DNA of 64,000 bases. It comes from an uncultured Elusimicrobium sp. Lineage in GTDB: Bacteria; Elusimicrobiota; Elusimicrobia; Elusimicrobiales; Elusimicrobiaceae. Positions within the stretch are counted from its first letter, which is position 1; every line of letters begins with the position of its first letter. The stretch is from positions 2,443-66,442 of the forward strand of contig CADBRU010000029.1 of NCBI GenBank assembly GCA_902797165.1. The letters run 5' to 3'. Below the pieces are notes generated by a model. The model was not told the origin of the DNA. It saw only the letters and a program-made list of their open reading frames with translations, and did not search any database. Made by a program: the position numbers and the translations under genes. Positions 19,140 through 28,291 of the stretch are shown here, one piece after another.

Positions 19140-20195
19140 ATGCCAACCGATTCTTTTGATACCATTAATGAATACTTTAAACATCTCGGCAAGATTACGC
19201 AAGATATAGACCGTGATGAAATGAACGCCTTGTGGAAAAAAATTAAAAAAGGAAACGCACAGGCCAAAAATCGCATGATGGAAATTAATTTGCGGCTTGT
19301 AATTCCCACGGCCAAGCGGTTTTATCGTCCGGGGATGGATTTGATGGATTTGATTGAAGAGGGCAATTTGGGACTCATGCAGGCTATTGAAAAATTTGAG
19401 CCAGCCAAGGGATATCGTTTTTCTACCTATGCGGTATATTGGATTGAACAATATATTCGCAAATATATAGAGGAACAATCCGGCTCTATTAAAATTCCTT
19501 CGCATGCGTGGGGCAATCTCAAGAAATGGTTTAAAGTTTGGAATGATTTAAAAGAAACCAACGGGCGTGATCCGTCTTTATCTGAAATGGCCAAAGAATT
19601 AAATTTAAGTGCACGCAAAGTAAAAGCCATTATGGATACCTTAAATGCGGCGGTGGGGGTGGAATCATTGACTTCCTTAGTCGGAGAAGAAGACGAGTTG
19701 ACCTTGGAAGAGGTGCTCAGTGACGACGGAAAAGGCAACCCGCATGAAGCCATTTTGCGTACGGAAAATATCAATTTACTGCAAGAAAATTTAATGAAAT
19801 TAAATGACCGTGACCGGGAAGTTTTATCCATGCGTTATGGACTGATTGACAATGAGCCTAAGACGTTAGGGGAAGTGGCGGATCATTTAGGTTTATCGCG
19901 TGAGCGGGTGCGGCAAATTGAAGAGCGTGCCGTGCGCATGATGCGTCAAGCCGCGCAAAAGGCCGGACTGCTTGAAATGCAGGAAGTAAACAAAAGAACG
20001 CGCAATTTACATTCCGGTATGCTTATGCAGCGACATGTCAAAACCAATATTTTGGGTGAGATAACGGATCAAGGTCCATATATCCGTGCATTGCAGCGTA
20101 AAGCGGTAAGACAAGCCAAATCAAAAAAAGTTCAAAAGAAAACGGCGGTTAAAAAACAAAAAGCCAAAACCAAAAAGAAAAAATCTGCTAAATAA
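19140..20195 (+). CDS. Sigma-70 family factor (RpoD/RpoS-like regions 2-4, no region 1.1) with Lys-rich C-tail
   Basis: NLRLV, DLIEEGNLGL..A.EKFE..KGYRFSTYA, TLGEVA..LGLSRERVRQIE. Start may instead be GTG at 19131. Confidence 0.88.
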   Translation: MPTDSFDTINEYFKHLGKITQDIDRDEMNALWKKIKKGNAQAKNRMMEINLRLVIPTAKRFYRPGMDLMDLIEEGNLGLMQAIEKFEPAKGYRFSTYAVYWIEQYIRKYIEEQSGSIKIPSHAWGNLKKWFKVWNDLKETNGRDPSLSEMAKELNLSARKVKAIMDTLNAAVGVESLTSLVGEEDELTLEEVLSDDGKGNPHEAILRTENINLLQENLMKLNDRDREVLSMRYGLIDNEPKTLGEVADHLGLSRERVRQIEERAVRMMRQAAQKAGLLEMQEVNKRTRNLHSGMLMQRHVKTNILGEITDQGPYIRALQRKAVRQAKSKKVQKKTAVKKQKAKTKKKKSAK

Positions 20196-20214
20196 GACTT
20201 CTGATAGGAATTTC

Positions 20215-20691
20215 ATGAATAAAGCCTTTACTTTAATTGAACTGCTGGTAGTAGTGTTGATTATCGGTATATTGTCGGCCATTGCTTTGCCTCAATATGA
20301 AAAAGCGGTAGAAAAGAGCCGCGCGGCGGAAGGCGTTATGCTGACCCGTGCTATTTTGGATGCCCAACAACGCTACTATATGGCCAACGGCACCTATACC
20401 AAAGATTTAGAAGATTTAGATATTCAGATACCGGGAAGTGAGGGAAGTATTTCCGGAAATGCTTTGTCTGCGCAAAGTACTAAGTATTTTGATTGTGCGG
20501 CCGCTTCTTTAGGTACGGATACTTCTATTATCGCCTTTTGTCTTAGAAAAGAAAGTAAGGGTTATTATATTGTGGCGCATCAAGGACAATCTGCAAAAGT
20601 GCATTGCGGTTGGTGGTCCGGCAATACATCCGGTGAAAAATGGTGCAAAATATTAACCGGTAAAACAGGAGAAGGGGAAATTGCCTTTTAA
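20215..20691 (+). CDS. PilE-like type IV prepilin (copy 3)
   Basis: MNKA|FTLIELLVVV N-terminus; 19 nt downstream of the sigma gene. Confidence 0.9.
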   Translation: MNKAFTLIELLVVVLIIGILSAIALPQYEKAVEKSRAAEGVMLTRAILDAQQRYYMANGTYTKDLEDLDIQIPGSEGSISGNALSAQSTKYFDCAAASLGTDTSIIAFCLRKESKGYYIVAHQGQSAKVHCGWWSGNTSGEKWCKILTGKTGEGEIAF

Positions 20692-20702
20692 ATCCTAGAA
20701 AA

Positions 20703-20776
20703 TGCCCCCGGCGGGAGTTGAACTCGCAACTTTCTCCTTAGGACGGAGCTACTCTATCCAATTGAGTTACGGGGGC
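20703..20776 (-). tRNA. tRNA-Arg(CCT), CCA not encoded
   Basis: Reverse complement GCCCCCG..ACTCAATTGGATAGAGT..CTCC-GT-CCT-AA-GGAG..GTTCAACTC..CGGGGGCA folds as a cloverleaf. Confidence 0.85.
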
Positions 20777-20881
20777 GTTTGTTATATTTTACCAAGTTTG
20801 CACTTGCCTTCCAAATTTCTACTACAAAATCTCTCAGCAAAAAATTTCCGTATTCTTTATAATATAGAAAAGGGAGGAACT

Positions 20882-21475
20882 ATGAAAAGTATAGAACTTT
20901 TTGCAATGCGCCGTTCACGTTATGAACTCACCAATAAAATCCCTATGACCGATAAAGAATTGGAAAGTTTATTAGGAGAAGTAATCAGACAAGCCCCGTC
21001 GGCTTTTAATATCCAAAGCGCGCGTGCGGTGGTGTTACTGGGGGAAAAACACGGTACTTTATGGCAAATTGTCCATGACAGTTTGCGTGCTATTATTCCG
21101 GCGGATAATTTTGGTCCGACCGCCGAAAAAATAAAATCTTTTGCGGCTGCGTACGGTACGATTTTATATTTTGATGATACACTATCCACACGCTCTTTAC
21201 AAGGAAAGTATCCTGCCTATGCGGCTAATTTCCCGGTATGGGCCGAACAAGCCAACGGTATATTGCAATTTGCTATTTGGACCGCACTGGCGGAAGTAGG
21301 TATCGGAGCTTCTCTGCAGCACTACAATCCGTTGATTGATGAAGCGGTCAAAACAACGTTTAGTTTGCCTAACTCTTGGAAACTAATTGCGCAAATGCCC
21401 TTTGGTGTCTCAGTAGGGGAAGACACGGAAAAAACATTTCTTCCGCTGGCCGAACGTTTGCAAATACAAAAATAA
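20882..21475 (+). CDS. Nitroreductase family protein (Frm2/Hbn1-like)
   Basis: RRSRY, APSAFNIQS, GTILYF, GASLQHYNP, LIAQMPFG; true start at 20882 after GGAGG. Confidence 0.88.
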   Translation: MKSIELFAMRRSRYELTNKIPMTDKELESLLGEVIRQAPSAFNIQSARAVVLLGEKHGTLWQIVHDSLRAIIPADNFGPTAEKIKSFAAAYGTILYFDDTLSTRSLQGKYPAYAANFPVWAEQANGILQFAIWTALAEVGIGASLQHYNPLIDEAVKTTFSLPNSWKLIAQMPFGVSVGEDTEKTFLPLAERLQIQK

Positions 21476-21488
21476 AAGTAGTTTTTAC

Positions 21489-21736
21489 CAAATAATAAAG
21501 CCCCTCTTGCGAGGGGCTTCTCAATTTGGTTTCCGGACTAGGCCACGCCTTCCGGTCATTTTTCTGACGGAAAATGCCTGCAGGCCGGGCTCGCGGTTTT
21601 TGCCTTTCGTGCTATGCACTCAAACAAAAACATCGCTGTGCCTTTCTCGTCCTAACGCACGCAAAGAGTTTGCGTGCTGTCCGGTCAAATAATAAAGCCC
21701 CTCTTGCGAGGGGCTTTAGATGGTTTCCGGACTAGG
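21489..21736 (-). repeat. tRNA-linked direct repeat: duplicated tRNA-Gln 3' end (16 bp) plus terminator (31 bp) around a ~145-bp insert
   Basis: CAAATAATAAAGCCCCTCTTGCGAGGGGCTT at 21489-21519 and 21686-21716; TGGTTTCCGGACTAGG at 21527-21542 and 21721-21736. Confidence 0.9.
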
Positions 21737-21794
21737 ACTCGAACCTAGAATGACTGGACCAAAACCAGTAGTGATACCATTTCACCATCCGGAA
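21721..21794 (-). tRNA. tRNA-Gln(TTG), CCA encoded
   Basis: Reverse complement TTCCGGA..GGTGAAATGGTATCAC..ACTGG-TT-TTG-GT-CCAGT..CTAGGTTCGAGTCCTAG-TCCGGAA-A-CCA. Confidence 0.95.
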
Positions 21795-21804
21795 ATAAAT
21801 CTCT

Positions 21805-22119
21805 TTACTTTGCTTCGGAATCTTGGTATTCCTCGGCTGCTTGCGCTGGTTGGGTAGTCGGATGTTTAGCAAGTTCGTCAGCGTAAGCCTTCAACACATT
21901 CTCTTCCAAGTATTGGCGGAATTCCTGTTTAATAGGGTGAACCATGTCCTTATGGGTGCCGTCGGGTAATTTGCGTGAAGGCATACATAGAAAGACACCT
22001 TTGGCCCCGGATACAATTTTCATATTGCGCACAACAAAACAGTCATCAAAGGTTACACTAGCAAAAGCCTTGAGGCGCTCTTCTCCCATTAAGTGGATCC
22101 GAATTTCTGTTATGTTCAT
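21805..22119 (-). CDS. spoVG: SpoVG septation regulator / nucleic-acid-binding protein
   Basis: MNITEIRI..LKAFASVTFDDCFVV..MPSRK..D.VHPI; SD GGAGG. Confidence 0.9.
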   Translation of the reverse strand: MNITEIRIHLMGEERLKAFASVTFDDCFVVRNMKIVSGAKGVFLCMPSRKLPDGTHKDMVHPIKQEFRQYLEENVLKAYADELAKHPTTQPAQAAEEYQDSEAK

Positions 22120-23008
22120 CCGTGATTCCTCCGAACTGTACAACAAATACTTTTCGTCCCTGTTTATTGATTTTCCCTGCCAAATCTTCGGCGCGTTTCC
22201 GGTCTGTAGTTAAAGCAAAAACGGTAGAGCCGGAGCCGGACATCAGTGGATTTAAACCAAGGGCTGATAAGTCTTGCTTTACATCTCGTACGGAATAAAC
22301 ATACGGTAGGACAGCCTCTTCTAATCGATTAAAGAACAATGTTTGCCAATGGGTGAAGGGGAGTCCTTCTTTAACGTACCTTATTAGTATATCTAAATTT
22401 GAAAGGGTTGTCAATATTTTTTCTCGAGGAGGTAGTTGCAAACGGGCAAATACCCCTTTGGTGGGTACTGCCGTATCCGGATAAACGAGAATCGCCCACG
22501 GAAAAGGCCCTTTTGCGGGGATAGGCGTTAGTTTTTCGCCGATACCCTCTCCCTTTAGAAAAGTATCGGGATACAAAAATAACGGCACATCAGCTCCCAG
22601 ACGGGTGGCGGTAGAGAGCAACTCAAACGGATTTCTATCAAATAATTGGCACAACGCACGCAAAACGGTCCCTGCGTCTGAAGACCCGCCACCGAGTCCC
22701 GCTCCCGTGGGGATATTTTTTTCTAAAGCAATATCTATTTGCAAAGGCATGTGAAAATAATCTTCAAATGCACGTACGGCACGAATAACTAAATTGTCAT
22801 CGGTTGTAGTTAAACGGGCAGAAAAAGGACCGCTCATACGAAAAGTTATCTTTTCTTTTTCGGAGATCTCTGCTTGTATGTGTAATATATCGGCCAAAGA
22901 CACTTTGGCAAACAATGTTGCCAGTTCGTGATAGCCGTTAGGTAATTTGCCGGTCACTTCTAAAAATAAGTTTACTTTCGCCGGTGCTTGCAAAGTGATT
23001 TGTTTCAT
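22058..23008 (-). CDS. ispE: 4-diphosphocytidyl-2-C-methyl-D-erythritol kinase
   Basis: APAKVNLFL, KNIPTGAGLGGGSSDA, LGADVP, MSGSGS. Confidence 0.93.
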   Translation of the reverse strand: MKQITLQAPAKVNLFLEVTGKLPNGYHELATLFAKVSLADILHIQAEISEKEKITFRMSGPFSARLTTTDDNLVIRAVRAFEDYFHMPLQIDIALEKNIPTGAGLGGGSSDAGTVLRALCQLFDRNPFELLSTATRLGADVPLFLYPDTFLKGEGIGEKLTPIPAKGPFPWAILVYPDTAVPTKGVFARLQLPPREKILTTLSNLDILIRYVKEGLPFTHWQTLFFNRLEEAVLPYVYSVRDVKQDLSALGLNPLMSGSGSTVFALTTDRKRAEDLAGKINKQGRKVFVVQFGGITDEHNRNSDPLNGRRAPQGFC

Positions 23009-23106
23009 AATTATCTCCGATCAATGGTTTTATTGTAGCAAATTGCGACTAGGCTCCGTCTATTTTTTATGCGTGTATAGAGTTTCAATTTGTTATAATG
23101 GGTAGT

Positions 23107-25302
23107 ATGAAGAAATATATTTTTTTAAGCCTATTTTTAATTTGTTTTATCAGTACCGTAGGATCGGCAGAAATAGCCTCGTCCAAAGTAGTCGGTAATG
23201 CTACCATTGCACAACCGGCAGAGCCGTCTGCCACGGATGCAAATGCTCCGGTGGGGGTAGTGTCCAAGAGTACGTTGGTCACTCGGGTAGATTTGCAACT
23301 AAATGAAAATATCCTTCATTCCAATGTGCTGGATTACGGGCAACCGGCCGAATTGGAAGACGTGGCGGAAAAATGCCAAACCGATGGCCCGGATGAGTGT
23401 TTGGTACTTTATAAAGCCTATGAAAATGCCTCGCAAAAAGAAGTAGCGGCGGCGGCAAATTTAAACCTAGCCATTTTAAGTTTACACCGCGGGCAACTCA
23501 AACAGTCTTTGCAATATATAGACCATGCGGCCAAACTAATGCCGGAAGATCCGTTTGTGGAATTAACGCGCGGCTGGATTTTATTTGCAGACGGAAAATA
23601 TAAGAAAGCACGCCAATCTTTTTCCGCTATGCTCTATCTAACCGCAGATTTTGAATATGCTTCCTCTGCCAAATTAGGTACGGCTTTGGCCTATTATTTT
23701 GAAGGAAATGCACAAGCCGCGGCTAAAGACTTCCAATATATCTATACCTCTAATCCGTATTTGATTTCTTTTGCGGCTTATATGATGGGGCGCATTGCTT
23801 CGGAGCAAAAAGATTCGCGCAAATTGGCCCCGGTATTTTTAGAGCAGTCCCTTAGCCATGACGGACGTCAATATCCCGCCTTGGAATTATTAGCATCCCT
23901 CTCAGAAAAGAATAAGCAAAAACCGTTGGCTTCTTTTCAATATTATTCCACGCTTTACGGGTTAGATTCAAGCCGCAAAGATGTGTACAAAAAATTAACC
24001 AAATATGCCGAAAAGATAAATAAAAAACCGGAAGATTATTTGTTTTATATCCGTCTGGATCAACCGATTGTGCAAGATTTGCAGGTTCCGGCGTCTGAGC
24101 CGGTGAATATGGCCTTATATGCAGACCGCTGGCAACAACCCGTTTCACTTAAACAGGTATCTATATTACCTTCGGGTATTATGACGGTGCAAGATGAAAA
24201 ATTGGGAGAGGTATTAAAATCTCCTTCTTTTGTGACACGCATTTTGGCATTTAACGAAGAAACAAAAAGTATTGATATACAAGATGCGCGCGGCCATATT
24301 GAATTTTCTACGCGTCGTCCGTTTATATTAAAACCGGTTAAACCCGGCAAAACTATACTGGTAAAAGACGCCCAAGCAACCGATATTTTTGCGGCTGATC
24401 TTAGTGACAAAGAATTATTGGGTGCTTTGCAAGTAATACCGACCGAAAACGGAATCTTGCTGGTTAATCAAACCGAAGTGGAACAATTAATTCCGTCTTT
24501 ACTTGCCACACAAGCCCAAGCCATCAAAGAACCGGCGGCTTTGCGTGCTTTGGCCGTTGTTTTCCGGGCGGCTTTGCAAGAGGCAATCAAGAAACCGACC
24601 GATAAACCCTATCATATTACGGACAATGATTTGTATTTCAAATTTAAAGGTATTAATTTAACGGTACAAGCACAAATTGATGCGGCTAAACAATCGCGCG
24701 GGTTTGAACTGTCTAATACTGAGTTGGGATACTACGCCGCATGCGGAACGGTGTCTTATGATAAAGAAGGCAATACTTCCCATGTTCCGCATTATACGTA
24801 TTCTGCGGCCAATTTATCTAAATACATGTTGTCTAATCCTCCGGCTGATTTATACTCCGCTCCGGCGGACCCGACAAAGTGGTCGGCTATTAAATGGGTA
24901 TATCTCTATGACGCAAAAGAAATAGAATCTCGTCTCAATGCACGTGCAAAATTTGGGAAATTGCGTGCTATGGAGCCGGTTTTATTATCCGAAAAGGGAC
25001 GTATTTTGTCCATGCGTTTTACGGGTAGCAAAGGTGAATATACCGCCGCTAGTGAACAAGAAATTTTATACATATTAAGCGCCGAAACGCAACGTTCCGG
25101 ATTCTTTGATTTCATCCCGATGTATAAGGGGAAAAATATCGTGCGGGTGTTAGTACGCGGTTATGATTCCGGTACCGGAGTGGGTTTGTGTGTGGCCGGG
25201 GCGGAAGGACTTGCCAAAGAAGGACGCGACTATCAGGGTATTATTAAATATTATTTCCCCAATGCTCGTATCTTAGATACCCGGACAGGAGAGTTGCACT
25301 GA
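23107..25302 (+). CDS. Exported TPR-repeat protein with degenerate SpoIID/LytB-like C-terminal domain
   Basis: Signal peptide MKKYIFL..; TPR-like helices; C-terminal GTGVGLCVAGAEGLAKEG..Y..IIKYYFP resembles the SpoIID C-terminus. Confidence 0.7.
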   Translation: MKKYIFLSLFLICFISTVGSAEIASSKVVGNATIAQPAEPSATDANAPVGVVSKSTLVTRVDLQLNENILHSNVLDYGQPAELEDVAEKCQTDGPDECLVLYKAYENASQKEVAAAANLNLAILSLHRGQLKQSLQYIDHAAKLMPEDPFVELTRGWILFADGKYKKARQSFSAMLYLTADFEYASSAKLGTALAYYFEGNAQAAAKDFQYIYTSNPYLISFAAYMMGRIASEQKDSRKLAPVFLEQSLSHDGRQYPALELLASLSEKNKQKPLASFQYYSTLYGLDSSRKDVYKKLTKYAEKINKKPEDYLFYIRLDQPIVQDLQVPASEPVNMALYADRWQQPVSLKQVSILPSGIMTVQDEKLGEVLKSPSFVTRILAFNEETKSIDIQDARGHIEFSTRRPFILKPVKPGKTILVKDAQATDIFAADLSDKELLGALQVIPTENGILLVNQTEVEQLIPSLLATQAQAIKEPAALRALAVVFRAALQEAIKKPTDKPYHITDNDLYFKFKGINLTVQAQIDAAKQSRGFELSNTELGYYAACGTVSYDKEGNTSHVPHYTYSAANLSKYMLSNPPADLYSAPADPTKWSAIKWVYLYDAKEIESRLNARAKFGKLRAMEPVLLSEKGRILSMRFTGSKGEYTAASEQEILYILSAETQRSGFFDFIPMYKGKNIVRVLVRGYDSGTGVGLCVAGAEGLAKEGRDYQGIIKYYFPNARILDTRTGELH

Positions 25303-26540
25303 TGCCGAAAACTAAAATTTTATATTTGATAACGACCTTAGACCAAGGCGGTGCTCAAAACAGCGTACTTACCACTATGAAACGGTTGGACGGTCGCGAA
25401 TTTGAAGCATATTTGGCGGCGGGAAAGGGCGGACGTCTAGACGGAAAAGTAAAGCGTGAATTTAAGAATGTAAATTTTATTTCGGCTTTGCGTCATGATG
25501 TGCGTCCGCGCTATTGTTTGTTAGACGGTTGGGCCATTGTGCAAATGGGACTTTTGATGCGCAAGATTAAACCCGATATCGTACATACCAATGCTCCCAA
25601 AGCGGGTATTTTAGGTCGCATCGCGGCCCGTATTTTTTGGCGCAAAGCAAAAGTGGTACACACCTTTCACGGTTTAGGTTTTGCCAAAGAACACGGGGAA
25701 AAACAATTTTCTTTCTTTGTAAAAACGGAAACTTTTTGTTCTTCCATGACAGATGCACTAGTGTTTGTCTCTAAGAAAAATGCCGCTGAAGCGGCACAAC
25801 TAGGTATCGGCAAAAACGTACGCAGTGAAATTATTCGTGCCGGTATTGATTTTAATCGTAAATTGCCGGCCAATTTCAACCCGACCGTTAAAAAGACCTC
25901 TTTGAAAATTCCGGTTACCGGGCGGGTAGTACTGGCTATTGCCAATTTTAAACCGCTCAAAAATCCGATTCATTTTGTGTTGGCAGCCTATAAAGTGCTC
26001 AATAAAGTTAAGAATGTGTATTTTATTTATACGGGAGACGGCCCGCTTAAAGAAGCCGCTACCAATTTGGCCAAGCATTTAGGGATCGAAAAGCAACTTT
26101 TATTTCCGGGTTGGCGCGGAGATACGGATGAATTGTTGGCCATCAGTGATTTGTATGCCAGTACCTCGCTTAGAGAGGGCGTTCCTATGTCTATTTTAGA
26201 AGCACAAGCCCATCACGTGCCGGCCATTTGTTACGATGTGGACGGTATCAGTGAAGTAATCACTAGTAACCGCACCGGCTTTTTGGTTAAGCCCAATGAT
26301 ATCAGTGCTCTGGCCGAAAAAATGATAGCCTTGCTGCGCAATAATGCAATGCGCGAGCGCTTTAAACAAAACATAGAACGGCGCGATTTTGGAGAATTTA
26401 CCGTGCCGGTTATGATTCGTCGCCAAGAGCAATTATACCGCTCTTTGGTCCCGCCGCAACGCAAAGGTCGTCGTCCGTTTTTTAAGCGGCGCAAAAAATA
26501 TGCCAAACCTAAAAATCAGTCCACGGGGGAAAATGAGTAA
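25302..26540 (+). CDS. Glycosyltransferase family 4
   Basis: GGAQ, PDIVHTN..KAG..GRIAA, VHTFHG, EGVPMSILEA. Confidence 0.9.
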   Translation: MPKTKILYLITTLDQGGAQNSVLTTMKRLDGREFEAYLAAGKGGRLDGKVKREFKNVNFISALRHDVRPRYCLLDGWAIVQMGLLMRKIKPDIVHTNAPKAGILGRIAARIFWRKAKVVHTFHGLGFAKEHGEKQFSFFVKTETFCSSMTDALVFVSKKNAAEAAQLGIGKNVRSEIIRAGIDFNRKLPANFNPTVKKTSLKIPVTGRVVLAIANFKPLKNPIHFVLAAYKVLNKVKNVYFIYTGDGPLKEAATNLAKHLGIEKQLLFPGWRGDTDELLAISDLYASTSLREGVPMSILEAQAHHVPAICYDVDGISEVITSNRTGFLVKPNDISALAEKMIALLRNNAMRERFKQNIERRDFGEFTVPVMIRRQEQLYRSLVPPQRKGRRPFFKRRKKYAKPKNQSTGENE

Positions 26541-28216
26541 TGGATTACGCAATGAGTGAAATGGAGCAAAAAACCTTAACCGCCACGCGGGAGTTTGCGC
26601 AAAAGAAATTAAAACCCATGCGTGCGGAAATGGACGAAAAAGAAGAATTTTCCGAAAAAATATGTGAAGAGTTTCGTCAATCGGGAATGTTTGGCTTATG
26701 GCTGCCCCAAAAATACGGCGGACTGGGCGGGGGAATTACGTGCTTGGCAATGGCCTTTGAGGAATTTTCACGCGTGTGCGCGGGGCTGGCACTTACCCCG
26801 GGCACTTCTGCACTGGGGGCTATTCCCATGTTTTTGGCGGCCACCCCGCAGCAGAGGGAACGGTGGTGCTATGATTTGGCCAGCGGTAAAAAATTATGGG
26901 CTTTTGCCTTGACCGAACCGGAAGCGGGATCGGACGCAACCGCCTTGAAAACAACCGCTATTAGAGACGGTGATTTTTATGTAGTTAATGGTATAAAACA
27001 CTTTATCTCTACCGGCAAAGAAGCCGATTTTTATACCGTAGCGGTCAATACCAACCCGGCCCGCGGTGCACGGGGTATTTCTTTACTGGTTATTGAAAAA
27101 GGAACTCCCGGTTTTTCCTTTGGTAAGAAAGAGAAAAAAATGGGAATCCGTACTAATCCCACGTATGAACTTGTTTTTGAAAATGTGCGTGTGCCGAAAG
27201 AAAATTTACTGGGTGCGGAAGGCCGCGGCTTATTATATGTACAGGAGACGTTAGATTATTCCCGCCCGGGGGTAGCCGCCCAAGCGGTAGGCATTGCACA
27301 GGGCGCTTTGGATGAAACGATCCCGTATATGCGCGCGCGCAAACAATTCGGACAGCCGATTATTACCTTTCAGGCACTGGCGCATAAGGTGGCGGAACTG
27401 GCGGCCAAAACGGAAGCCGGCCGGGCAATGGTCTACAATTTAACGCACCGCATAGATGCGGAATTTTTGCCGGCGGTCAAAGCAGCCCTTGAAAATAATA
27501 CCGCAGTACATGATGAATTAAAGAAAATTAAAGGCGGCCGTTGGACCAAATACAGTGCCATGGCTAAACTTTTTTGTGCAGATACCGCCATGGAAGTAAC
27601 CAATGAATGTGTTACTTTGTGCGGCGGGGTGGCTTATATGCGTGATTTCCCTTTGGAAAAATACATGCGTGATGCCAAAGTGACCCAAATTTATGAAGGC
27701 ACCGTACATATTCAGAAAAATGAGATTGTTGCCGCACTAATGAAAGAATATGCCACCGGCGGTATTGGTGCAAGTGCTTCTACTACGCCCGTAAAAACAT
27801 TAGAAGAATTATTGGCAGAATATCACAAAACGTCGGCGGACCGGTCCGGAAAAACGGATATTTCGCAAGCACAAGTGATTGTGGCCGGCGGTCGCGGTGT
27901 GGGTAAAAAGGAAGGCTTTGCCCTTTTGCAAAAATTAGCGGACTATTTGGGGGGCACAGTAGGTGCCACACGTCCGGCCGTAGATAGCGGTTGGATCGGC
28001 GCGGACCGCGAAATCGGCATATCCGGTAAAACGGTCAAACCTAAATTATATATTGCCTGCGGAATTTCCGGGCAGATACATCACACTGCCGGCATATCAA
28101 AAGCAGATATTATCGTGGCCATTAACAAAGATCCCGAGGCACCTATTATGAAGATGGCGCATTACGCCATTGTGGGAGATTTGTATGAAGTAATCCCGGG
28201 GCTGCTTAAAAATTGA
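26540..28216 (+). CDS. Acyl-CoA dehydrogenase fused to the ETF-alpha FAD-binding domain
   Basis: FALTEPEAGSDA, RKQFGQPI, RDAKVTQIYEGT, then VAGGRGVG, GATRPAVD, GISGQIHH, VAINKDPEAPI. Confidence 0.9.
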   Translation: MDYAMSEMEQKTLTATREFAQKKLKPMRAEMDEKEEFSEKICEEFRQSGMFGLWLPQKYGGLGGGITCLAMAFEEFSRVCAGLALTPGTSALGAIPMFLAATPQQRERWCYDLASGKKLWAFALTEPEAGSDATALKTTAIRDGDFYVVNGIKHFISTGKEADFYTVAVNTNPARGARGISLLVIEKGTPGFSFGKKEKKMGIRTNPTYELVFENVRVPKENLLGAEGRGLLYVQETLDYSRPGVAAQAVGIAQGALDETIPYMRARKQFGQPIITFQALAHKVAELAAKTEAGRAMVYNLTHRIDAEFLPAVKAALENNTAVHDELKKIKGGRWTKYSAMAKLFCADTAMEVTNECVTLCGGVAYMRDFPLEKYMRDAKVTQIYEGTVHIQKNEIVAALMKEYATGGIGASASTTPVKTLEELLAEYHKTSADRSGKTDISQAQVIVAGGRGVGKKEGFALLQKLADYLGGTVGATRPAVDSGWIGADREIGISGKTVKPKLYIACGISGQIHHTAGISKADIIVAINKDPEAPIMKMAHYAIVGDLYEVIPGLLKN

Positions 28217-28240
28217 ATGAGTTATTTGTAATGAGAAATT

Positions 28241-28276
28241 AAAGAACCCTCTTAATAAACTAAGAGGGTTTTTTTA
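28241..28276. terminator. Terminator between convergent genes
   Basis: AACCCTCTTA-ataaac-TAAGAGGGTT followed by a T run. Confidence 0.8.
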
Positions 28277-28291
28277 ATGCTTTCTTACAAT

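Noticed and set aside
20702-20881. 60-aa N-terminal extension of the nitroreductase in the ORF track
   Set aside because: It is the antisense of tRNA-Arg(CCT) plus intergenic DNA. The SD-supported start is 20882.
21489-21716. 31-bp palindromic direct repeat as a mini-CRISPR
   Set aside because: There are only two copies, the spacer is about 165 nt, and the repeat is a terminator tied to the tRNA 3' end.
22058-22119. 62-nt ispE/spoVG overlap, and the similar 59-nt CpXC/cca overlap at 54592-54650, as programmed frameshifts
   Set aside because: Both proteins are complete before the overlap and no slippery site is evident. Stop-codon drift is the simplest explanation.
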